From positions 690,001 through 722,000 of the forward strand of contig NZ_CP026606.1 in assembly GCF_002945325.1 (NCBI RefSeq): 32,000 nt of DNA, read 5' to 3'. Position 1 is the stretch's first letter. Each line of letters opens with the position of its first letter. This DNA comes from Methanococcus maripaludis. GTDB taxonomy: Archaea; AGJL01; Methanococci; Methanococcales; Methanococcaceae. Below, in pieces: positions 9,193 to 17,621 of the stretch. The notes under the pieces are model-generated. The model was not told the DNA's origin and ran no database searches. It saw only the letters and a program-made list of their open reading frames with translations. The translations under genes and the position numbers were made by a program.

Positions 9193-9960
9193 GTGAAAAT
9201 TATGAGAAACTTGGAAAAAATAAATGAACTTTTAGAAATATTTGGACATTTTGATGTAAATTTTGCTAAATACATGGAAGAAAAAATTGACACACAATAT
9301 TTCGTTCTTGAAAATTTAAAAAACTCCATGAAAAACGATGAAATGTTTATAAAACTCGTAATTTTAAATTCGATTGTAAGCTACCAGTTATGTACTACTG
9401 GAGAGCTCTGGTGGGAAGAATTTTCAAAATACTGGTCAAAACATGATGCAAATAATGAAAATTTAGGGGAAAGTTACGTTAATTTCCTTGAAAATTCGAA
9501 AGGAAATAAGCGACTTTTAAATGTAAAGATAAAAAGAATTGAAAGGATTATTCCGTTTCTTGAAAACCTGAATCTTTTGGATTTTAAGAATTATTATTTA
9601 GATATGGAAAAATTGCTTGAAAATCTTTCAAAATACCTAAATTCTAAAAAAAATTCAAAAACAGTTGTTTTTGCAGTTAAAATGTTTGGATATGCTTCAA
9701 GAATTGTATTTAACGAATTTTTTCCATATCCAATGAATATTGAAATTCCAAAAGATTCAAGAATTGAAAAGTACACGCTTAAATTTACTGATGAAAACCC
9801 GATAAAATTTTGGAATGAAGTTTCTAAAACCGCAAAAATTCCGCCATTACATATAGATTCAATAATATGGCCAGTTCTTGGAAGAAATTTTGATTTTAAG
9901 TCTTGCGAGAATAAACTTGATGAAAATTTTAGATATTTACTTAAATTAACAGAACTATAA
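9193..9960 (+). CDS. Archaeal N-glycosylase/DNA lyase (AGOG, 8-oxoguanine)
   Basis: 'SKTVVFAVKMFGYASRIVFNEFFPYPMNIEIPKDSRI' and 'FWNEVSKTAKIPPLHIDSIIWPVLG' resemble the AGOG HhH-GPD-like domain. Confidence 0.8.
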   Translation: MKIMRNLEKINELLEIFGHFDVNFAKYMEEKIDTQYFVLENLKNSMKNDEMFIKLVILNSIVSYQLCTTGELWWEEFSKYWSKHDANNENLGESYVNFLENSKGNKRLLNVKIKRIERIIPFLENLNLLDFKNYYLDMEKLLENLSKYLNSKKNSKTVVFAVKMFGYASRIVFNEFFPYPMNIEIPKDSRIEKYTLKFTDENPIKFWNEVSKTAKIPPLHIDSIIWPVLGRNFDFKSCENKLDENFRYLLKLTEL

Positions 9961-10025
9961 AATATTCGTAAAATTATATAAATTATTAATTCCAAATTAA
10001 ACCTATTGAAAGGGAGGTAATCATT

Positions 10026-10163
10026 ATGTCAGTTTGGAAATGCACAATATGCGGATATGTATATGATGAAGAAAAAGAAGGAAAAAAATTCTCAGAATTA
10101 CCTGATGATTGGGCATGCCCAATTTGCGGTGCTAAAAAATCCGCATTCGTTGAACAAAAATAA
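10026..10163 (+). CDS. Rubredoxin (45 aa)
   Basis: [45 protein letters not shown]: two CxxCG metal-binding knuckles; GGGAGGTAATC ribosome binding site; own TTATATAA box at ~9975. Missed by the ORF track because of its length. Confidence 0.95.
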   Translation: MSVWKCTICGYVYDEEKEGKKFSELPDDWACPICGAKKSAFVEQK

Positions 10164-10183
10164 AAAATAAAAAATAAAAAAAA

Positions 10184-10543
10184 TTAAGCTTTATTACTTT
10201 TTTTAACATATTTTATGTATTTTGCAGCATCTTTTATTCGTGCCTGAAGGTGCGGTACATCCATTATTTCAAATTTATTGTACTTATCATGCATGTGAAA
10301 TCTCAATGAAATCATCGACATCGTGTGTGCAATATCCTCATCGTCGAGATTCATCGAAACCACGTCAATCCTGCTTAATAATTCACAGACAAGACTTTTT
10401 GCCAGATCTAAATCTTCATCGTCGAGATTCATTGAATAAATATCTAGTTCGTCCATTATTTCATGAACTGGTTTGTCAGGATTTTCCAGAAGTGATTTTA
10501 CGATATTATTCGAAAGTTCTTTTAATTTAATTTCTTTTTTCAT
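10184..10543 (-). CDS. Hypothetical protein with internal SMNLDDED duplication
   Basis: Continuous ORF with start MKKEIKLKEL (track start 10555) and a TAATATATA box at ~10595. No family recognised. Confidence 0.7.
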   Translation of the reverse strand: MKKEIKLKELSNNIVKSLLENPDKPVHEIMDELDIYSMNLDDEDLDLAKSLVCELLSRIDVVSMNLDDEDIAHTMSMISLRFHMHDKYNKFEIMDVPHLQARIKDAAKYIKYVKKSNKA

Positions 10544-10741
10544 TTTGTACACCAAAACAAGGGAACTTCGGGTTTTTGCAGGTTAATTATTTGGTTATAT
10601 ATTAAAATCCTTTCATCACTTTGAAGTAACAGAATATCAATCTTTGCATTTGAAATCATCCAAATTTCAACAAATAACATTATTTAAAAGATACTATATA
10701 AACGTTAAAATAAAAACTAATTGAATAAGTATAAAAAAGAA

Positions 10742-11122
10742 TTATTCTTCGTCGTCAAATTCAATCGTCGCATTTACTATGTTAAATTCTTTCCCGCCTT
10801 TCAATTTAATGTTTCTTGATTCACATTTTGGACATACTACTTCAAGTTCGTCTTTAGTATCTAAATTTCCCTCGAATTCACAGTCATTGCAGAAAATTTT
10901 TGGTTTTACCATTTCTGCTTTTAATTCTGCACCTTTACAGATAGTATCTTCTGAAATAACCTCAAAAACAAACTGTAATTGATCCAGACTTATTAATGTG
11001 AGGTCCCCAATTTCAAGATTTATATCATTTACTTTTATTACTTTTCTACCGAGTTCTTCCTGCTGTTTTACCGCATCAAGAATCGCGTTTAGTACTGACG
11101 TTGCATATGAGAGTTCGTGCAT
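10742..11122 (-). CDS. hypA: Hydrogenase nickel incorporation protein HypA
   Basis: N-terminal MHELSYA, zinc site FCNDCEFEG...VVCPKCES, 'INLEIGDLTLISLDQLQFVFEVI'. Confidence 0.95.
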   Translation of the reverse strand: MHELSYATSVLNAILDAVKQQEELGRKVIKVNDINLEIGDLTLISLDQLQFVFEVISEDTICKGAELKAEMVKPKIFCNDCEFEGNLDTKDELEVVCPKCESRNIKLKGGKEFNIVNATIEFDDEE

Positions 11123-11589
11123 TAAAAAACACCTCTTTTATCAAGCCTTTCCAAAACCCTTTCTTTTACTTTTTCTTCTTTTCCGCTTGGAACAAAAATT
11201 TTGAAATTTACCACGATTCTTACGGTATCGTCCCCATCAAAAAGTTTGCATTCTTCAAGATATGCTTTCTGTTTATCGAATCTTAAATAAAGTTTATTTT
11301 TCTCGATCCTGCTATCAAGTTCCTTTTTTAATCGGTTTACATTTCTTTCGTCGCTTTTTATCAAATCAATAATATAATTAAATACCAATTTTGCTTTTTT
11401 TCCAGAAATTTTAACGGTGTGGATTTCAATAGGATTTCCAAAATTTCCTTCTGTTTCTACAGTCTCGGTTTCTAAATCGTCTTCTTCAATTATTTCAGGT
11501 AAAAAGAAAACTATTGAATCGAGAACTTTTTCTTCGTCTTCGGTTGCGTTTGCAATCGTTGATATTGTGATGTTATTTACCATTTTCAT
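11122..11589 (-). CDS. COG1325-type predicted RNA-binding/exosome-associated protein
   Basis: 'HTVKISGKKAKLVFNYIIDLI...ELDSRIEKNKLYLRFDKQKAYLEECKLFDGDDTVRIVVNFK'; abuts hypA. Confidence 0.75.
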   Translation of the reverse strand: MKMVNNITISTIANATEDEEKVLDSIVFFLPEIIEEDDLETETVETEGNFGNPIEIHTVKISGKKAKLVFNYIIDLIKSDERNVNRLKKELDSRIEKNKLYLRFDKQKAYLEECKLFDGDDTVRIVVNFKIFVPSGKEEKVKERVLERLDKRGVF

Positions 11590-11842
11590 AAACACCTTTA
11601 TAGGTTAAATCCGGATAAGTCGACAGTTACCATTAATATATAAACGAATTATATTAAAAATATACCGCAGGTGTTAAAATTACCAGAACAGAAATAATTT
11701 AATAAAAAACTAAATATTGCAAAAAATAATCAAAAGACTAGAAATTTAACAGTTTCGCAACTTTAAGAGTTTTTAATAACATTTAATCTAAAAATTTACA
11801 AAATAAAGAATTTATGCGAAAAATACTTTTTTAAAAATTAAT

Positions 11843-12091
11843 TTAATCTTCACTTTTTAACTTTTTAATGTGATACTTACGCCTCCCTCCAAGAATAAGT
11901 GAAATAATTTCATCTTTTCTAAATAGCACCATTATTCCAACTAAAAAAGTGAGTATTGCTCCAAAAAATAGGCCCAAAGTACAGTGCCCTGCCCCAAATA
12001 AACACAAAATCGCCGGAATCGCTATAATAATACATGATATGAAAAGACTATCTAAAAGAATTTTTTTAAATTGTTTTTCATCTTGATTCAT
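11843..12091 (-). CDS. Small hypothetical membrane protein (two predicted TM segments)
   Basis: 'LLDSLFISCIIIAIPAILCLFGAGHCTLGLFFGAILTFLVGIMVLF'; start MNQDEKQF preferred over 12118. Confidence 0.6.
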   Translation of the reverse strand: MNQDEKQFKKILLDSLFISCIIIAIPAILCLFGAGHCTLGLFFGAILTFLVGIMVLFRKDEIISLILGGRRKYHIKKLKSED

Positions 12092-12207
12092 GCTAATCCC
12101 CCACCTAAAAAAATTCAAAATATTTAAATTACACGTAAATCCCCGACATATTAAATTATGTTTTTAATGACTATTTAATTATTATTCTTGGAAATTAAAA
12201 AAAGTTA

Positions 12208-12245
12208 TTATATACTAACCTTTCACGTTAAACACTATTTCATGC
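12208..12245 (+). promoter_or_regulatory. Putative archaeal promoter for the + strand structured RNA candidate
   Basis: A-rich BRE-like stretch and TTATATAC at 12208-12215, then ATGC at 12242-12245, resembling the Methanococcus stable-RNA layout of TATA box plus TGC near the start site. Confidence 0.4.
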
Positions 12246-12495
12246 GAAAATGCTCCAAAACGTTATATTGAATTAAAATCCATGCTGTCCCAAATATAAC
12301 GTCATATGCCGTTTTGATCGTAAACTATTAGTACTGAGTCAAATAATAGGATAAAACGGAACTTCGGTTCCTATGAGTTGTTATTATGGGGATTTTAACT
12401 AACTCGAGGATAGAATTAAAGGAATAAATAAGTATACAATAGATATACTAGATCCCATATTCCTTATTCAAAACTTTTAACTTATTTTTTGTATC
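12240..12495 (+). ncRNA. Candidate structured non-coding RNA (multi-hairpin)
   Basis: Successive inverted repeats: CGTTATATT 12261-12269/AATATAACG 12293-12301; CCGTTTT 12309-12315/AAAACGG 12353-12359 with inner CTATTA/TAATAG 12325-12330/12344-12349; GGAAC-TTCG-GTTCC 12358-12371; GAGTTGTTA 12375-12383/TAACtAACTC 12396-12405; AAGGAATA 12419-12426/TATTCCTT 12458-12465 with inner AGTATA/TATACT. T6 tract at ~12486. No credible ORF. Confidence 0.4.
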
Positions 12496-12633
12496 AAAAT
12501 ATATTTTTGTTAATAAAAAAATCATTTTTTTAAAAAATTTGGGTAGATTACTACTTTTTAATCAAATTTCAATTATGATCTATTTTAAAATTTATTAAAC
12601 GCAAATAATCTAAAAAAATATTAATAGGCCTGA

Positions 12634-12725
12634 TAAAAAAAGCGGTCCTGTTTTAGTGATGATTGGGGATTTAACCGTATCAAGGATTTCATAACAATAG
12701 ATACCTTAATAACTAAAACAGGACC
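12634..12725 (-). ncRNA. Candidate small RNA closed by a 14-bp perfect stem
   Basis: Left arm 12644-12657 GGTCCTGTTTTAGT and right arm 12712-12725 ACTAAAACAGGACC are exact reverse complements. On the minus strand the stem is followed by GC and T7 (12641-12635) and preceded by CGAAATGTATTTATAAA (BRE/TATA 12746-12754), ~25 nt before the stem. Confidence 0.45.
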
Positions 12726-13054
12726 AATTTTAAATAATATTCTATTTTATAAATACATTTCGAAAATCGAAACGATATCTACTGTTAAATGCACAACAGA
12801 ACTATAAAATTGACTACTTTGTGGATAGGGGGCCACAAAATTCATAATACTTTAAAAAAAGTATATACCATATATTAAATTAATTAATGGGTATCCTATA
12901 AATTTTAACTATTATTTCTAAAATAAAATATCAAAAGTACGTGCTGTTTTAAAATACAGGCTTTCAAAAAAGTAAAAATTAATTGTCGTATAAAAATCGA
13001 GTAAAATAAAAACTAAAAAAGTTAATTAAAAGAATTAAAATAAAGGAAAGTTAA

Positions 13055-13639
13055 TTATTTCGTTTTTTTGCCGTTAGCTCTGACACCAGGTCTTGCTTTT
13101 TCAGCACCTTTTCCTTTGTACATTAATCCTCTTCCTTTTTTACCAGCTGAGGTTAAACCTCTGTTTGCTCTTCCTTTGTGGTTTCCGGTGGAGAGCCAGC
13201 TGTAGGATTTGTCGTTTTTGATTGATGGGTGGCATGGATCAACTAAGATTATTTCATACCATTTTTGTTTTCCATCTTGTCCTACCCAGTAGGAGTTTAA
13301 TACTTCCATGTTAGGGTATCTTTTAGCTGCTCTTTCTTCAGCAATTCTTTGAATGGATTTTGCCATTGTAATTTTGTTGATACCTAATGTTGCAGGTTTT
13401 TTGGAGTGTTTTGGTCTTGGTTTTCTTAAACCTCCTCTTCTAACACTAACTCTTACAACAACAATTCCTTGTTTTGCTTTGTATCCTAAGTTTCTAGCCC
13501 TATCAATTCTTGTAGGTCTTTCAATTCTTAATACTGAAGGTTCTTTTCTCCAGTCTTGCATTCTTGACCATTGTAACTCTTTAACGTATGAGTTAGCAGG
13601 TACTTTCCATGCTTCTTTCACGTAGTTGTACATACTCAT
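13055..13639 (-). CDS. rpl15e: 50S ribosomal protein L15e
   Basis: '[12 protein letters not shown]...[37 protein letters not shown]...[15 protein letters not shown]'. Confidence 0.97.
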   Translation of the reverse strand: MSMYNYVKEAWKVPANSYVKELQWSRMQDWRKEPSVLRIERPTRIDRARNLGYKAKQGIVVVRVSVRRGGLRKPRPKHSKKPATLGINKITMAKSIQRIAEERAAKRYPNMEVLNSYWVGQDGKQKWYEIILVDPCHPSIKNDKSYSWLSTGNHKGRANRGLTSAGKKGRGLMYKGKGAEKARPGVRANGKKTK

Positions 13640-13780
13640 AGTATCACTTGTTTCGTCGATTCTGTTTATGGGTTCAGCTTAATGCTACATGCCCTACGGG
13701 AATTCACCCGTCACTAAACTACTAGTATAACCTAGTCTTAACATCATGTATCGTGACAACTATATTAATTTAACGGCAAG

Positions 13781-13788
13781 TATATAAA
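13781..13788 (-). promoter_or_regulatory. Putative TATA box for rpl15e
   Basis: Minus-strand TTTATATA ~140 nt upstream of the start codon, implying a ~120 nt leader. Confidence 0.5.
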
Positions 13789-13865
13789 CAATGGACTAGA
13801 AAACAAGTTTAGAACTTGTACACTTTTTTACAACTATTAGTTTCTAATTTAAATTTGGTGAAAAC

Positions 13866-14282
13866 ATGGTCGACTACTTCGATTACAGCAGTTTATTGAC
13901 AAGAGCGCGAGAACAACTTCCAGAAGAAGTTTTCAAAGACGTAAGGTTTGAAATTCCATCCGCAGACAGTTTTGTAGAAGGAAACAGGACAATCATTAAA
14001 AACTTCAAAGATATTGCAAAATTCATGGAAAGAGATCCACAAGAATTTGCAAAATACGTAATGAAAGAACTCGGTACCGCAGGAGACATGGAAGGTGTTA
14101 GATTAATCTTGCAGGGTAAATTTGGATGGAGAATGGTAAATGAAAAAATCCAAAACTACGTAAACGAATACGTACTCTGTCCAGAATGTGGAAAACCGGA
14201 CACAAAAATCGTAAAAGAAGGAAGAATACACTTCTTGAAATGTACCGCTTGTGGTGCAATGAAACCAGTTAAGACTTTATAA
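13866..14282 (+). CDS. eif2b: Translation initiation factor aIF2 subunit beta
   Basis: 'LPEEVFKDVRFEIPSADSFVEGNRTIIKNFKDIA...MKELGTAG..LILQGKF...VLCPECGKPDTKIVKEGRIHFLKCTACGA'. Confidence 0.96.
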   Translation: MVDYFDYSSLLTRAREQLPEEVFKDVRFEIPSADSFVEGNRTIIKNFKDIAKFMERDPQEFAKYVMKELGTAGDMEGVRLILQGKFGWRMVNEKIQNYVNEYVLCPECGKPDTKIVKEGRIHFLKCTACGAMKPVKTL

Positions 14283-14339
14283 GTACTCTTTTTCTTCTTT
14301 TTTTACTTAATTAATAAATTTTACATTTTTGGTGATATT

Positions 14340-15428
14340 ATGAAAGGATTCTGCTACCGATGCGGTCATGAAGGCGAACTTCTTGATGGACTCTGCAAAA
14401 TCTGCTACACCCACATGAATCCGCTTATTAAAGTCGATAACGAGGTCCACGTCGAAGTATGCCACATGTGTGGATCATACAAACGAAAACTTTGGCAAGA
14501 CCCTCAAAAAAGGGAAACATACGAAATAATGGAAGAAATTGCTTATTTTGGAGTTAAAGATAATTTAAAAAAGGCCAATAAGAGCATCGATGTAGAAATA
14601 ATGCCGCAAGAGCCACGCCAACTTCCAGGGGGAAAAAGGTCCCGTGTAGAAATCCCCACCGTTGTTTTTGCAAAAGGAAGGCTTGTTGGTGAAGATAACG
14701 ATAGAGAAGAAGAAAGACACATTACAGTTTATCTTGACATGGTGCAGTGCCCAAGATGTTCAAGATGCATGTCAAACTACTATGAAGGGACACTCCAAGT
14801 TAGGGCAATGAACCGGTTTTTAAATGATAAAGAAAGGATAGAACTGGATGACTTCGTTAGAGATGAAGCTGGAAAACGACTTAATAAAGATAGGATGGCA
14901 TTTATCTCAAAATATATTCCACAAAAAGAAGGATTAGACTATCAGATGGGTTCAATGGGCGCTATAAGAAATATTGCATCAGCGATAAAAGCAAAATACG
15001 GCGGAAAGTCGATTGAAACTGCAAAACTCGTTGGAGTAGATAAAGATACTGGAAAAGACATGTATCGAATCACAGTTGCTGTTAGGATTCCAGAATTTAA
15101 AATTGGAGATATTTTAGAATATAATGAAAAAATTTACGTTGTTTCCTCATTGAATGAAGCTAGAGTTTATTTAGAACCTGTAGAACTTGGGGATAAAATT
15201 GCACTTGTCTGGAACGAAATCGATAAATCTGCAAAATTAATTAAAAAAGGAGAAGATTGTGAAACTGCAACAGTTATTTCAATTACGCCTGATACGATAA
15301 CAGCAATGGATGATTCAAATTACGAGATTTACGAGTATAATAATTCGATTGAAAATGTAAAAGAAGGAAATAAAATAAGAATATTTAAAAACGAAGAAAT
15401 TAACAGGATCTTAGAAATTATAGAATAA
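14340..15428 (+). CDS. Nmd3 homologue (NMD3 family, zinc-finger N-terminus)
   Basis: 'MKGFCYRCGHEGELLDGLCKICY', 'VEVCHMCGSYKRKLWQ', 'VQCPRCSRCMSNYYEGTLQVR'. Confidence 0.88.
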   Translation: MKGFCYRCGHEGELLDGLCKICYTHMNPLIKVDNEVHVEVCHMCGSYKRKLWQDPQKRETYEIMEEIAYFGVKDNLKKANKSIDVEIMPQEPRQLPGGKRSRVEIPTVVFAKGRLVGEDNDREEERHITVYLDMVQCPRCSRCMSNYYEGTLQVRAMNRFLNDKERIELDDFVRDEAGKRLNKDRMAFISKYIPQKEGLDYQMGSMGAIRNIASAIKAKYGGKSIETAKLVGVDKDTGKDMYRITVAVRIPEFKIGDILEYNEKIYVVSSLNEARVYLEPVELGDKIALVWNEIDKSAKLIKKGEDCETATVISITPDTITAMDDSNYEIYEYNNSIENVKEGNKIRIFKNEEINRILEIIE

Positions 15429-15465
15429 CTAAAAAATAAAAAATAAAAAAATTTTTTAATTTAAA

Positions 15466-16407
<942 letters not shown>

Positions 16408-16494
16408 TCAATAAACAATAAGTAAAAATAGATATAAAAATGCTACTTAAGAATTCACTCTTTTGAACGTAATAAAAAAGGTATTAAAGAAATA

Positions 16495-17463
16495 TTAATT
16501 AAATAGTGCGTAGAATTTCCCGTTTCTCGTTCCAAAATAGATTGTTCCGTTTTCATCTATTACGGGAGTGGCTATTATCCAGCTTCCTGTCTCAAAATTC
16601 CATTTTTCAGTTCCGTCAGGGTTTATTGCGTATAAGTGTCCGTCGTATGATCCAAAATAGATTGTATCAGTGTTTCCAATTACCGGAGATGATTCAATAC
16701 GTTTTCCAGTTTTAAAGCGCCATTTTTCAGTTCCGTCAGGGTTTATTGCGTATAAGTGCCCATCAAGTGAAGTTACGTAGATTGTTCCATCTTCAGAAAT
16801 TGCAGGCCTCGTAACAGTCCAGTAACCTGCGTAAAAATTCCATTTTTCAGTTCCGTCAGGGTTTATTGCATAAACTTTATCTGAACCAAAATAAATTGTT
16901 CCATCTTTTCCAATCGAAGCTGCAGATGTTATCGCATCATTGGTTTTAAAGCGCCATTTTTCAGTTCCGTCAGGGTTTATTGCGTATAAATAATTATCAT
17001 TTGAACCAACATAAATTGTTCCGTCTTCTGAAACTATTGGTGTTGCATATATCGCCTTTTTGGTTTTAAAGCGCCATTTTTCAGTTCCGTCAGGGTTTAT
17101 TGCGTATAAGTGCCCATCAAGCGAAGTTACGTATAAAATATCCTCAAAAATTGTAAAGTCTGATACGATTGCTTTTTTTGTATCAAATCTCCACTTTTCA
17201 GTTCCGTCAGGGTTTATTGCATAAACTTTATCTGAACCAAAATAAATTGTTCCATCTTTTCCAATCGATGGCCTACATTCAATTATTTCACCAGATTTAA
17301 AAAACCACTTTACGGATCCATCAGTATTTATTGCATAAAGATTTTTATTGCTCGAACCAAGATATATGGTACCGTTTTTAGCTAAAATTGGACTTGAATC
17401 GATACTATTTCCGATCAAAAATTCCCATTTGATTTTACAATCATTTACGCCCCCACGCAACAT
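16495..17463 (-). CDS. PQQ-like beta-propeller repeat protein
   Basis: Tandem ~39-40 aa blades of the form 'DGTIYxGSxDxxLYAINPDGTEKWRFKT'; no obvious signal peptide. Confidence 0.88.
   Translation of the reverse strand: MLRGGVNDCKIKWEFLIGNSIDSSPILAKNGTIYLGSSNKNLYAINTDGSVKWFFKSGEIIECRPSIGKDGTIYFGSDKVYAINPDGTEKWRFDTKKAIVSDFTIFEDILYVTSLDGHLYAINPDGTEKWRFKTKKAIYATPIVSEDGTIYVGSNDNYLYAINPDGTEKWRFKTNDAITSAASIGKDGTIYFGSDKVYAINPDGTEKWNFYAGYWTVTRPAISEDGTIYVTSLDGHLYAINPDGTEKWRFKTGKRIESSPVIGNTDTIYFGSYDGHLYAINPDGTEKWNFETGSWIIATPVIDENGTIYFGTRNGKFYALFN
16597..17350. repeat. Tandem ~117-120 bp coding repeats within the beta-propeller gene
   Basis: The string TTTTCAGTTCCGTCAGGGTTTATTGC occurs six times (starting near 16602, 16721, 16841, 16961, 17081, 17201), with a diverged seventh copy near 17320. 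Confidence 0.9.
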
Positions 17464-17621
17464 GATATCCCCCGATATGGCTTTTGAATTTGCACATACA
17501 ATTATACTTGTATGTTATATATTAGTTTTCATTGTCGTTAATTAAATCTAAATTATTTTAAATCAGAAAATAGAGAAGTATTATTGAAAATATTTAGTTA
17601 AAAACTAAAGAGGGGACGATA

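Noticed and set aside
10560-10741. C/D box sRNA suggested by a minus-strand GTGATGA (~10615)
   Set aside because: No matching CTGA D box at the expected distance; the region is better explained as promoter sequence of the 10184-10543 gene.
12240-12495. RNase P RNA or SRP RNA
   Set aside because: I could not find the expected GAGGAAAGUCC-type P4 core or the GC-rich SRP Alu/S domain motifs, although a covariance-model scan would be needed to be certain.
12655-12725. GTGATGA at 12656-12662 as box C of a C/D box guide RNA
   Set aside because: The box overlaps the long terminal stem, no CTGA D/D' boxes occur at suitable spacing, and promoter and terminator signals favour the opposite strand.
12644-12725. 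MITE with 14-bp terminal inverted repeats
   Set aside because: No flanking target-site duplication or second copy in the window, and the promoter/terminator arrangement fits a small RNA better; not fully excluded.
16597-17350. Regularly spaced repeats resembling a CRISPR array
   Set aside because: Spacing of ~117-120 bp, codon-aligned repeats and a continuous beta-propeller ORF show these are protein repeats; no cas genes are present.
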